From NCBI GenBank assembly GCA_001643675.2, contig LSRY02000001.1, positions 496,001 to 560,000 on the forward strand: DNA of 64,000 nt, read 5' to 3'. The number at the start of each line of letters is the position of its first letter. The first letter of the stretch is position 1. Position numbers and translations under genes: made by a program. Shown here in pieces: positions 51,835 through 64,000 of the stretch. The notes under the pieces are model-generated. The model saw only the letters and a program-made list of their open reading frames with translations, searched no databases and was not told where the DNA came from. Source of the stretch: Monocercomonoides exilis PA203. Lineage: Eukaryota; Protista; Preaxostyla.

Positions 51835-52822
51835 CAGTAAATATTCGAAACACAGATGAGAAATTGAACCTCTATTATTATTATATGTCGAAAAACATAA
51901 AAAAATGCACGTTTACAGAAAAAAAAACATTTTTATAAAAATCTGTGAATACTCAAATGAATTCATCTCATTATGTCAAATTATTCATAATTCAATCAAG
52001 AAAAGTTATTTGAATCACTTTTTTCAAACTGAATTCAGTTATTTTTCGTAACTGATTAAAATCATGAATGCACTTTCAGAATTCTTTAATTGTTTTTTAT
52101 TGTTCATCGGAATTTATAAAAATATGGATGATCGTTTTTGAAATGTCTAAATTTTTTTGAAAAGTTCCATTTGTTTAATTTACAAAAAATTAAAAATTTC
52201 ATATTTCTTTCAAATTACTGTTTCCACTTACCAAATTTTGCTGTCATTGAAACAAATCCTTGTCAAAGTTATTTTATCCGTTTGGGTGTGATTTCGTGAG
52301 TGAAAACAGAAATTTGAAAGAAATATGAAATTTTTAATTTTTTGTAAATTAAACAAATGGAACTTTTCAAAAAAATTTTGACAAATGGGTGTTTATTTTT
52401 GAAATCATAACTTTTTTCGGAGTGTGGATTCATCAAAGGTTTTGTTTCTTTGGAGAGGAATTAATCGTTTAAAAGAAAAATGCATTGAAATTGTCTAAAA
52501 AAAAATTCTTCAAATAATATTCTAGAAATAAAATTCAAAAAATAGAAATAACTTTTCAACGTTCAAATTTTTTTCAATATTCAAAGAGAAATCTCAAACC
52601 GAAAATTTTGATGGAAAAAATATGATTTGAAAAATAATCACCGATATAAATAACCTTTCTTGATCGGATTATGTGTTATCAAAACGAGATGAATTCATTG
52701 AAAAATCTACAGATATCAACGATGATGATTTTTTTCATTAAATGTGAATTTTTTAAAATTGTTTTTAGACTAATAATAATCTTAGAAATTCAATTATTCA
52801 ACCATTTATTAAATATTGACAG
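51835..52822. mobile_element. ~1-kb element with long (~190 bp) diverged TIRs, containing a nested palindromic MITE
   Basis: AATGAATTCATCTC..CATAATTCAATCAAGAAAAGTTATTT (~51956-52011) is inverted at 52648-52700, and similarity extends outward to both ends. Confidence 0.55.
52144..52383. mobile_element. ~240-bp palindromic MITE, copy B
   Basis: Near-perfect ~70-bp arms TTTTTTTGAAAAGTTCCATTTGTTTAATTTACAAAAAATTAAAAATTTCATATTTCTTTCAAAT and its reverse complement. Termini are TGTC..GACA. Confidence 0.8.
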
Positions 52823-53126
52823 AAATTAAATATTTTCATCATTTTCAAACATTCAGTTAAAAATTAATTTTTACAAAAAAAACTATTTCGAAAATACTCA
52901 ATTTGATTAATTTTGAATAAGAAGTTCATCAATTATGAATAATAATTTAAACCACTTTAAATAATATGTTTACGAAATTTTAAGAATAAATTGCGAATTG
53001 ATCTTTTAATTTAATTTGATGCATCTTGAAAATCCACAATTACAAATAATTTATCCCAAAATCAAAACTGAAAAACATATTATCGCTTTCGGATTCAAAA
53101 CAAGTGACAGATTTTATTCAATATTA

Positions 53127-53287
53127 CCTTTTCCTTTTCCTTTTCCTTTTCCTTTTCCTTTTCCTTTTCCTTTTCCTTTTCCTTTTCCTTTTCCTTTTCC
53201 TTTTCCTTTTCCTTTTCCTTTTCCTTTTCCTTTTCCTTTTCCTTTTCCTTTTCCTTTTCCTTTTCCTTTTCCTTTTCCTTTTCCTTT

Positions 53288-53346
<59 letters not shown>

Positions 53347-53348
53347 TT
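53127..53348 (+). repeat. Compound microsatellite (CCTTTT)27 followed by (TATT)~15
   Basis: Directly visible perfect tandem repeats. Confidence 0.97.
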
Positions 53349-55974
53349 TTGTGGAACATAATTATAATTTTATTTGAAAAAATCTTAAAATTGTTATTAC
53401 AGGAAATAATTCTCCTTTTCATTTTTTTTTTGTTTGATGAGTTAATTCAATGCAACTTGTGAACAAGTGAAAATTTGATTTTTGTTACAAAAAATCAATG
53501 AATAACGAAGATATTAGAGTTCCATGTTTTCTGCATTCGCACACATAGGCTTTGTTCAATTGTATTTTATTGTAATTAGATGATGTTCAAAAAATAAATT
53601 TAAAATATTATTTCCATGATGATTTATATATGGTCACAGATTAAAATGTTGGATGCTCATCTTTTCTATCAGTTTCATATGGAAAAGCCTTGATGTATCA
53701 GCTTACAGGAAAAGAAGTTGAAATTATTCAAAAGAATGAAAATAAAGGTTCTGTTGAGAATCAACGGTTGCAATGGATGAATCTGAGTAAAGAAATTGAT
53801 GGACTTGTGAACAAGGTTTGACAAGGGTAATTTATTTGTGAAATTTAATCTTTTTTGGTTAATGTCCCAAATATGAAGGAAATAGCAAAAAAGCTTTAAG
53901 CGCAAAATCAAGTTAGCTGAAGAGGTGGGCGATTATTTTTGTTATAACTTCTTTTTTCGGTGAGTTAGATATTAAATTGTTTTATCACTATTGAGAGAAA
54001 TTATCCATTTGAAAGAAAAATACTGAGAAATTTGTTTCAAATAACGATATGTGGAAAAATGTTTTGTTTCAGGCATTTTCGTTGAAAAATTATTCACTTT
54101 TCAGTGACTTTTTGAGAACATAAAACATGATAAAAGTGGGTCGATTTTTTGCAATTCGTGAAATAACACAATAGTTTATGTTTAGATTTTTTTTTGATGC
54201 TTGTTTACGTATATGAAATTCAAATTGATTTTGAAATCTAAGAAAGTGAAATAAAGTCATGAGAGAAGCAATTTTTCAATGCCTTGTGGAAAAAAAGCTT
54301 GAAAGTCAGTATTTCCCTACATATTTCAGATTATATATAGGAATATATTATTAATGAAAGGAGTTGGGAACTTATCAGTATATAAATATAAATTTATCAG
54401 TAGAATTCAAAAACCGATAATTTTGATAGATAAAATATGATTTCGAAAATAATCACACAGATTTGAAAAATGATTGAAGTTATTTTGAAGGAACGTTGAA
54501 ATTGTTAAAACAAACTTTTAAAAAAAAGGCATTATTTCTTTTTCACTTCATTTTTGAAGATGATGAGGCAAACTTCATTCGCACAGTTTTGAGATTAATC
54601 TCAATCGGTTCTATATAGCAACATGAAAATATTCTTAAAATATTGATTTCTCAATTAACTGTCAAAAACAATTTGGTAATAAGCATTGTTGTTTTCAACA
54701 TTGAAAAGAAAAGTCAAAAGACAAATTCAAAGAGAAACTTGCTTGGCAAATTTAAAGTGAGTACAGTCAAAACCGGATATAATCACATCGGTTTTTGCAC
54801 AACTTTATGTGATTATATCCGATAGTGATTATATCCGATAGATGAAAATCGCGTCTATATAAAAATGAATCAATCAAAGTTTTAATTGCAGAATTATTTG
54901 TTTTTTCAAAGGATTGCAATAAATGTTTTTTTAAGCATTTTTTTTTATTTCAAAAAAATATCATTTTTCATTTTATTTAAATAAATTTTGAAAATCATAA
55001 ATAATATAATTTGAGATCAAAGATCAACTTAAAATAATAAATACAAAGTTGTTTTAGATAGGAGGCATATAAACGTATATTAATGACAAATTCAAATCAT
55101 CCATGTTAATGAAGAATGAACATCAATCTTTTAAAGAATAATTCAACTTATACGAGTTCATTTTCTCGTAAATAATATTTTAATATGTTTTTGAAAGAAG
55201 ACAGTTCTTTCTGTGTTATTGTAAGCATTCTTTAATTGTTAAATATTTCTTTAAAACAGAAGATTGTTGTTATTGTTTTTTTTTTGTCAACTCGTTTGTT
55301 TAACAAAGTAATTCATCAATTTTTGACAAATTTTCGCACGTCAAAGTTTCATTGGGATATAAAATTTCTTGGAAGCTTGCTCAAGAATGAATGTTCTTAT
55401 AAACAATTTCTTTGTGTGATATGTTATTTAATCATTATTGTTATATGTTTTTCATATTAAAAAATTATGTTTGTAGTTATTGTTACGAAAAAAAAGTTTC
55501 TAATATTTGTGAAACGCAAAATTAATCAATAAATTTAAAAATTACAATATTCGAATGTTTTTATCAATTTTTGAAGAATTCTTTATTCGTTTCTTTCATT
55601 TTCTCATTCATTCTCCACAAACAAAAAAACCAAATTCCCATGAATAATAAAAAGCATTTCAAGTTGGAGAAAAGAAAGAATATCTCGAGATACTCAGTTT
55701 TTGGATGAGAATATCATGAACGATATGAAAGAAAAGTATAATTAAAGAAAAATGGATAGACAAGAGATATAAAAAAAGAACAGTTTTTTTATTGAAAATT
55801 GAATGAGATCATGCAGACAAAAAGGAAAACGATTCAATATGTTTAATAAATAAAGAAATACATATTCACGTTAAAACAAAGTGGAAAAAAAGGTGCAAAA
55901 GTGAATTAAAAAAAAAATCTTATAAAAAATAATCAATTAAATATTATGAAAAAATTTTCATCATATTGCCAACT

Positions 55975-56900
55975 GAATCCAAGCTGTGAAGCACACGCAT
56001 GCTGATGATGATCTGGTAAGTGAATCGTCGGAAGCTGTTGCTGAAGATAGAATCAGTTTGTCAGTTAGCGAAGTTCTTTCGCTTTCTCAAAAACGAAAAA
56101 ATACACTTTGTTATGAACAACTTGCCTTTTCGTCATTGTGTACAACGCACACTGCACAAAACTATTGGTTCGTAACATTGAACAGCTTTGTCGATGATGA
56201 AGAAAGAGAATTCGTACCAATCACACTCACTGCCTTAACTATCGCCACAACAGAAATTTTTTCCACGACAATGATCGTCTCCCCTTCTCTCACATGCATT
56301 CCACTCAGCACAGTTATTGTCGAACTCAGCTGCACCATGCTCAACTGCACTGCATGCCCCAGTGTATTGCACAGCGTTGTCTCGCTCATCTCAAACAGAC
56401 TGTTCGAATCATCTCCACTCACCCCAACATACCGATCCTTCATCCCTTCCTTCAGCCAATCCTTCTTTTCTGAGTGTTGAGTCACCCAACTGCTTCCATT
56501 ATGATATTGGCGGCACACTCTCTTATCATTAGTATTTGTTGTGTACGATTCATAGAACGGGTTATTCGATGAAAAAAGATTGTAATTGTCTTGAAAAAAC
56601 ATATCATGACCATATGGAGTGGAAGTGGTTGTGCATCTGCAATCGTGGAAGAAGAAGAAATAACAATAAAGGTTGTTGCTTGGGGCTGTTGATAGACTTG
56701 GAGCAAAACACAATCCTCCGTCAGTTGATGGTGCGTTGCACGAAATGAACTGGAGGCTCCTCATTTTGGTTGTAGATGGGACGTTATCGCAATACATCCC
56801 TCCGCCAAATCTATCTGTCAGTTAGCACGAAGTGAATGAGCACTCAAACACACACAAGCGCTCTCCCCTTTTCCACTTTCCGTTCCAATACATAAAGATC
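55975..56900 (-). pseudogene. Fragment of a host Cys/Ser/Thr-rich surface-protein (beta-helix) gene family inside the pogo element
   Basis: ORF 56162-56797 (FISCNAPSTDGGLCF..YGHDMFF..KKDWLKEGMKDRYVGVSGDDSN..CNTLGHAV) with broken coding-like flanks. It is GC-richer than its surroundings. Confidence 0.65.
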
Positions 56901-57171
56901 CAGAAACATTAAAAGAAGAAAGATGAAAAACTTATTTTTTTAAATAAACAACACATACTTTTTCGGTCAATTTTCCTTTTTGTTCTTTTCTATTGAAAAT
57001 TTCTTTGATTATTCTTTTTCTTATATCTTTTCATTTATTATGTTTTGTCTCAATATTTTGAAAAAAACCATTGCCTGCTCATGTCTTGGTATTGAAATTG
57101 TTTCTTATTGCCAAATTTCATTCCATTCGAAATATCAATAATCCTTTTGTTCGAAATGATGTACCGTTATA

Positions 57172-57414
57172 TGTCTAAATTTATTTGAAAAGTTCCTTTT
57201 GTTAAATTTTCAAATAAGATAAAGATTTCATATTTCGATCACATTTCTGTTCCCACTCTCCAAATTTCACTGAAATGGAAAAATAAAATATTATCAAGAT
57301 TTTGTTTTCACGACAGTGAAATTTGATCTATGAGAACAGAAAATTGATCAAAATATGAAATTTTAATTTTATTTGAAGGTTGAACAAAAGGAACTTTACA
57401 AAAAAATTTTGACA
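57172..57414. mobile_element. ~243-bp palindromic MITE, copy C, nested in the pogo element (TA flanks)
   Basis: TA|TGTCTAAATTTATTTGAAAAGTTCCTTTTGTT...AACAAAAGGAACTTTACAAAAAAATTTTGACA|TA. Confidence 0.8.
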
Positions 57415-58640
57415 TATTAGAAAATTTTAACCATAACTGTTTTTGAAAAAAACCGAAATATATTTCTTGTTATCATTAAATATGCTTTTGTGTTGCTGCT
57501 TTTTGATATTTTTCGAAATTTTTGAGTGAAAAAAATAAGAAAAAATAAAGTTGAGGGTTGAACTTGTAAAAATATTTTTCTTTCAGAAAAATATTGAGGT
57601 TGCAAAGAAATAAAATCTCCAAAAATAAATAGATGTAGTGTGTATTTATAGAATGTCATTTCATTAATATTCAAAATTTTGAAAGTGTTATCATTCGCAT
57701 TGTCACAATAACTTTAACTTTTGAATTGCCATAGCTATTGTTTATCAATGCATGATAACAAAGACAAATGAAGCGAATTTTGAATTTCAAAACGTTTATT
57801 TGTAATTTTTTGTTCTAATTTGAAATTCATTCTGGATTTATCAGAATAATAATACATAAGAGAATCGCAGCGTTTAACAAAAATGAGCAAGTTGCATCTT
57901 CGAAATGTCCTTCATTTTTATGCATTCATGTGACCTATTCATATTTTATCTATTGTCAAGTGTTCAAAGAACCTTTAAAAAGGCAAGAAATAATCTTAAC
58001 CATTCAGCGAATCAGAAAAGGCATTTATAATTCATTGATTGTTTGATATTTCGCTTGAAATCAAATATTTAAAAAAGACTTAACATTTTTTTATTCGAAC
58101 TTGCTTAGAAAACAAAGAAGAAGGCTCATTATTACAAGTTTGTGAACATTTTTCCATTTTAGATTTTTCTTCGAATTACCAACTGTGAATTTGAATACAC
58201 GATCGTGTTGCAATCAAAGGCTATTTTGGTGACTCTATCGAAATTGTTAATAATAATGATTTAAACAATCAGTTAAATATCTATATTTCTCTTCAAAGAT
58301 TTCATAAACCTTCTGAGATGCTAAGCAAAAACACAAAGAAATTTGTATCTGTTTTTTCTTCAAATAATGAGTGAAATATGATAGGTTTTCATTTCTATAT
58401 CATCTTTAGCATCTCTTTGCAAAACAAAAGGAAATAATAAATATTCAAAAGCAAATATAAGTTTATAAATGTCTTTTTGGAATAACAAATGCTCATGATG
58501 TGATTTATGAATGTTTTGTTTCAAAAGGTTATAGGAAAGCTTTTCTGAATTGTTTTATAAAAAATATAAAGCAAAAAAAGAACAAATTCATATGAGATAT
58601 ATTTGTTCATTAAAGCAAAAAGATAACAAACCGATTTTAT

Positions 58641-60292
58641 TCAAACAATGTCTTTCTTTTCTTTTCCTGCACCACCTTTTTTTCCAACTGTGTTCTCATG
58701 TGAATCACGCTCATCTGTTGTTCCGAACATGTTGAAGTCTGTTAATGAAGGCTGAATCAGATTATTAATTGCAACTTTTTCCAGTAAATCTTCGACTTCG
58801 TTAATAACTATATGACTATCTTTGGGTGGTGACTTATCTTCGATGAACTCTTTGAACATGTTCCACATTATATTTGCCTCTCCAATTGTTTTAACTTTTC
58901 TTTTTCTTCCTTCTTCATCAACTTTCACCTTCAAGGCTATTTCATCTTCGGAAACATTCGACTTTGATATTATTGAATCAACAATCTCTTCTTCGGATAG
59001 AATTTCTCTTGTTATTTCGTGATCTTCAGCCGAGTAAAATTCTTCGGCAGTTATTTCATAAAGATCGCTGTCTCTTGTTTTCAATTTTTCAAACAGCATA
59101 TTATACTCGTTCATTTCATCTTCATCGATATTCACAATTTCTATTTCTTTTTCTTTAGCCGGATCCCATTCCGCATGCTTGAAACAATTTTCTATTGTTT
59201 CCTTTTGACTTTTTTCCTAGCTTTTTCCACCATGTTTAATACTTCAAGCATTGAAATCTTCGTTGCAACCCCGCATTCAACTTTTACCAGTTTTTTTCTA
59301 AGAAATTGACATTTATAGAAGTGTTTAAAGACTTTGATAATACCTGCGTCCATTCGTTGGATAATGGACGTTACATTAGGAGGTGAATAAAATAATGAAA
59401 CATGAGATAAATTGAATCGATCTACACTATGAGCTTCACAGTTGTCCATAATTAACGCAATTTTCCTATGTGAAATGGACTTTTTTTCGTTAAGTCTTTT
59501 GACGTAAACATTAAAAATGACTGCATTCATCCATCACTTTTTTGAATGATTATAAAGGGTTGGTAAGAATTTTCCTATTAAACATCTTGGCGATTTTGAT
59601 TTTCTAATCACTAGAGGGCATAGCTTTTCAACTGTCATGCTTGCTGCAAGAAGAACGGAAACCCTATCTTTCGATTGTTTGATTCCAGAAACAGAACAAC
59701 TGCCTTCGGTAAAAGTTTGTTTTGCTGATTGATTGTTAAATAAACCTAATTCATCCTCGTTGAATATGTTGCTCTCCCCAAATTGATTTATAATTGTAGG
59801 TAAAGAAAAATCTATCCATTTGTAGGCACTTTCCTTGTCTGCAGACAATGACTCTCCAACGATTTTCTTTGAAGTTATATTGTATCGCATTCTCCTTCGT
59901 TCTATCCAACTATACCAGTTGCGTTCTGAAGGATTTTTGTAGTGAAATTGATTGGCGAAATATTGTGTTTTCTCTAAAAGCATTCTTCCATCAATAGCCA
60001 TTTCAGGATTTGTTGACCTTATTTGTCGAAACCAAATAATCATTGCTTCATCTAACTCTGGATATATAGTTGGTCGAATTCGAAATGTGATATCAGGCTT
60101 TATTATAGATGAACTTTGTTTTAATATTGCTTCTTTGTTTTTATATATTTTTGAAATTGTTGAGAAATCAATATTAAAATCTTTTGCAATGATATTTTTA
60201 GATTGAGGAGGGTTCGAACTCAAATTGTTGATGATATCTAATTATTGAACAAAAGAAAGTTTTGTTCTTTTATTCACACCTGTTGTTTTCAT
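58641..60292 (-). pseudogene. pogo/Tigger transposase (psq/CENP-B HTH + DDE_1, DD31D) with two in-frame stops and a frameshift
   Basis: Reads MKTT..KRTKLSFVQ*LDII..IAKDFNIDFSTISKI, then YPELDEAMIIWF, FNEDELGL, SKDRVSVLL, SKK*WMN and LIMDNCEAH..PPNVTSIIQRMDAGII. Frameshift near 59200. Confidence 0.88.
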
Positions 60293-61040
60293 TTGAACTT
60301 TAAAGATTTCAAATTTCAATTTGAATAATATGGTTCAAAAACGTTTGAAATATTTCTTGAAAATTAACCATATTGATCAATATAAATTTCTTCCAAATAA
60401 TTAATAATAAATTAATTTATATTCGTTGGATATTATTAAAATTGAAAACAAAATATTTCTCACATAAAAAAATAAAATGTGATTATATATTTTCAGCTCT
60501 GTGATAATATGCGATGAAAAATGAATGAAAAAATGGAAAAAATGTTCGTGCTCATAAAAATGTGATTATAAACGAATGTGATAATATGCGATGTGATTAT
60601 ATCCGGTTTAGACTGTACTCGCAAATCTTGAAAATCTTTCTCATGCTCTCCTCAGCCTTCTTCATGTTTCTTCCACTTCTTTTTTTGCATTCTCTTGTTG
60701 GTGAAAAAGCTCCAATTGACTCTGTTCATTGCTCCTCAAAAATATTCAAGCGAGATCCCAACTCAGTTGCATCTTCACATATCCTGGAAAGCTCTTTGAT
60801 ATTCTCTTCATCCAATGTCACAACTTTATTCTCATTTTTTCAGATAATTTGCATCATTTGGAGTAAATTCACCCAGAAAATCTTCTTTGAATGAATAGTG
60901 AATATTTTCCGCGTTTGCAATGAACAAATCAACGGTATTGTGAAAAACAACAATGAATGTTTGCTTTCAATTTTGGAAAGCGATGCAAAAAGAATAATAT
61001 ATATCGCTTTGTGCTACAAAATAAATAACTTATCATTTCC

Positions 61041-62372
61041 TCAAACACTCACAAAATAATCCGAAATGTTCAATGACAAGTCCCAATAATGTCTTCTGTG
61101 AAGATTTTTTAATATTTTATGGAAGCTTGCTATAGCATCTTCATATCCTTCTTCTTCCATCTTTTCGAATATCTCCATTTTTATTGGTTTTCTTTTCATT
61201 TCTTTCATTTTATCGTCCTCCTCTTCATTCAATCTCCTTGAAACATCTGTAAAAAACGTCAAGCATTTGCATGCAATTATGTTATTCAATATTGGCTGCT
61301 GAATTTCCTATAAAATTAGACTAACGGCTCCTCCTTTCAACAAGTCTTTGATATTCACAACTCTATTTTTAGCTGCATTTCTCAAGGAACAAATGCACTT
61401 GAAACTAATTCCTCTGTAATTTTCCTTCGCTGATCGATATACCTGAACAATTTTTCTGAAAAGTCCAACAAATTCTTCATTCCACAATCTACATTTAGAA
61501 AAATAAAAGTTCAATGTTTCGAGCCATCTCAATGAAACAAGTTCTTCTTTTGTTTCTTTTCTTCTCGTTTCATTCTCTTCTTCTTTTCTCTTCCAATCCA
61601 CACATTTCGATAGTTCATCCAATTCTCTTTTTGCCTCTCTTGCAAAATGCAGCTCATTCACAACAACTTCTTCTATATTTGCATCCTCCTCAAATCTGAA
61701 CATCAAAAACTGCCAAGCAAACTGATAGGCAAGGAGGGTGAAATTGCGAAACTCTTGATGACACAGGATAATCTCTTTGATCTCTTCCATTTACTGTTCT
61801 TGCTCTAAAAACTAAAAAAAAAAAGAAAGAAAATAAGAAACAAATTCAACAGCATCAAAAAGGAAATATAAGAGTCCACACGTAAAATCTAACAGCTCTC
61901 AAAGACAGTAAAGCTGTTTCCACTTCTTTTTGAGTCTCCTCGCTTTCCTCTTTCTTCAATGCAACTTTCAGAAGACAGCGCACACACATTGAAATCAATT
62001 CAGATGAAAATCCGTTGCTGAGAGAAAGATAACATTCACAATTATCAACCAGCAGCTTTTCATCCTTTGCATCTTTCTTCCCATTTTCATCAATAATCAT
62101 CTTTTTGATTCTTTCTTCCATAGAAGAATTTTTAAAGCCATCAACACTCATATTTTTCAGCACATTGCAATATCCAATATGCTTCAGCATCGAAGTGGCA
62201 TTCCCCAATTGCAGTTTCTTTTCCTCAATCATTTTGTCTATTTTTTAAATAGCTCTGTCTTGGAAACAGATCTGAATTCATTTTCATTCATCTCTTCCAT
62301 CACTTCATTCATCTCTTCGATTTTTTCTTTTTGCTTTCTCTTCGTGCAGCGTTCAAGCTCAGAAAATAATAC
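61041..62372 (-). CDS. Multi-exon member of an expanded lineage-specific helical Glu/Lys-rich protein family, possibly a pseudogene
   Basis: Collinear ORFs (LFSELERCTKRKQKEKIEEM..; MEEIKEIILCHQEFRNFTLLAYQFAWQFL..; KMEEEGYED..) separated by intron-like T-rich gaps. The start codon and exact splice sites were not resolved. Confidence 0.55.
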
Positions 62373-64000
62373 TCAAAAAAAGAAAAGAAAGAAATGCAAT
62401 ATAGAAGAATTTTAATCCAAATACAATTGCAAACCAGTTAACCTTTTTGTGTTGTCAGTCTCCTGTATTTTTTAAAATTATTTCGTTCAAAAAACAACAC
62501 CATTTTTATCATTCACATTGAAAGAGTGTATGTTTGGATGAAAGACACAGATGAAAAATTAAAAACTCATAATAGAAATGGAAATAAATGCATTCACACC
62601 ATTCTTTTTCGTTTGGGCATTTTTTGACAAGGGATTGCAAAAAGAAATAACTCTTTATCCTTTTTTCTTTTTTTGTTGTTATGGATGTTGTGATCGAATA
62701 TATTTTTGTAACAAAATTATCCATTTGTTTAATGAAAGATATACTAATGAATATGTCATGCATATTAGGAATTATAATTTCAATAGATAGCAAAAGTCAT
62801 AGGCAGCAGTGCATAGAAGTGTCGAATTTTGTGTGAAAATTTTTTGAAATTGGATGACCCAGAATAATCCAATGTTTAGAATGCTTAATGTGAATTATTA
62901 ACTGCTTTTCCATTTAATGATCTTGCTCATTATGAATTTATTTCCATCTACAACATCCTCAAAACTCAATAATCAGGTAAATTATGTTAATTCAACATAA
63001 TTTTGCTTTTTTTTGGAGCAGAATTTCAGAAGAGAGCAATGTGCTAAGTTGTCAAAAACAAACAAACAAACATGAGACTTCTTTGCTATTTTTCTCAATC
63101 AGCTTGTACAGAAGATGAAAACAAATTTTATTGATAAAAAATTCATTGATAGGAAAAAAAAGAATGCAGGCAATTAGAGAACCTTCAGAATAATAAGCAA
63201 GGAGAACAGATAAAATGTTTTTGGGAAAAGTGAATATCTGGACATCGAGAATTGAATACTGGCTGCAAATTGCAACATGATCCCTTCAAAGCAACGAAAT
63301 AGGAGACAAGATAATTACTGATTGAACGATCATCTCATTTTCGTTTGGTGGGGCAGGTCCGATATTTGTTGACACTTTTATTTGTTAAGCATACATGCTT
63401 CTCATTTTTGGAATTGAAATAATAAACAATTGTTATCTACAGGTTTTTCACCGAAATGTGTTTTTGCTGGGATAACGAAATAATCAAAATGTTTTTGTCT
63501 TTTTCGATCTTCTATCGTTATGGAATTTGCTGTTATAGCAAATTTATCATTGGATGTTTTTTCTCGACTGTTTCATAAATCTTAGCGTGCCTTTAACAAT
63601 TTGAAATGATGTTGTTCATCTGTTCTTTCATCAGCATGTTCTTCACCTCTTCACATTACTCTGTCAACTTCTGAATTGAAATCAATTTTGTTGATTCATC
63701 CATTTGTTTCATGCTCACTTATGGAACGTTCAATGCATTTGTAAGTTATTTTGTTGTTTTATTCAATTACCATCTGCATTGTCATCTTCAATAGTTTATC
63801 TTTAATCAGCATCTGCTTCAGCAATTCAACCATCTATATTTTATTTTTTCCAGTCTCTTCTGCGAGTTGTTCTTCTGTAAGTACAGTTACTAATTTCATC
63901 ACCATTACCATCATCATGACATGAAACCCCTATTTTTCTTTTTGAATGATGGAATCTTCTTATTCGAATCCATGTTAACTGAATACCTCTTATTTCAATC

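Larger units (their letters stand above)
54764..60615 (-). mobile_element. pogo/Tigger-like (Tc1/mariner superfamily) DNA transposon, 5852 bp, with extra internal DNA
   Basis: 27-bp TIRs CAGTC(A/T)AAACCGGATATAATCACATCG (26/27 match), TA duplication at 54762-63 and 60616-17, subterminal GTGATTATA repeats and an internal transposase. Confidence 0.92.

Noticed and set aside
53016-53462. 148-aa FPFPFP ORF and the overlapping FLFLFL ORF
   Set aside because: These are simply translations of the microsatellite.
43364-60245. In-frame TAA/TAG codons in the transposases as evidence of stop-codon reassignment, as known in some oxymonads
   Set aside because: The Gln-rich 9,000-codon ORF has no internal TAA/TAG and host genes end in TAA. 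These stops sit at Lys/Leu positions, and in E4 and the pogo gene they accompany frameshifts, so they are ordinary decay.
60620-60960. Coding-like fragment cut by the pogo insertion, possibly continuing near 54550-54760; a similar decayed stretch lies at 63500-63920
   Set aside because: Multiple stops and no identifiable motif, so the evidence is insufficient.

Overview
This is AT-rich eukaryotic DNA with short GT/GC-AG introns and the standard genetic code. Gene style suggests an oxymonad such as Monocercomonoides (inference). The left half holds an SH3-domain gene head-to-head with a beta-helix type I membrane protein gene, then a giant (~9,200 aa) Ser-expanded, divergent dynein heavy chain whose AAA1 Walker motifs are lost. 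A tRNA-Thr(AGT) gene lies at 38057-38129 (-). The main discovery starts 8 bp upstream of that tRNA: a 12.1-kb gap-free array of seven related PIF/Harbinger/IS5-like DNA transposons (38140-50268). Four are ~2.33-2.37 kb DDE_Tnp_4 elements and three are non-autonomous. All are co-oriented and each is separated from the next by one 3-bp target site (AGT x6, then ATT x2). This fits a tRNA-gene-targeted DNA transposon that inserts repeatedly at one site and leaves a time-ordered record. The transposases share a spliced C-terminal exon with conserved WxxPxQW[KR]S and LxxLL motifs, a candidate targeting tail. Further right are a nest of palindromic MITEs, a compound microsatellite, a 5.85-kb pogo/Tigger element enclosing a host-gene fragment, and decayed host gene-family copies.
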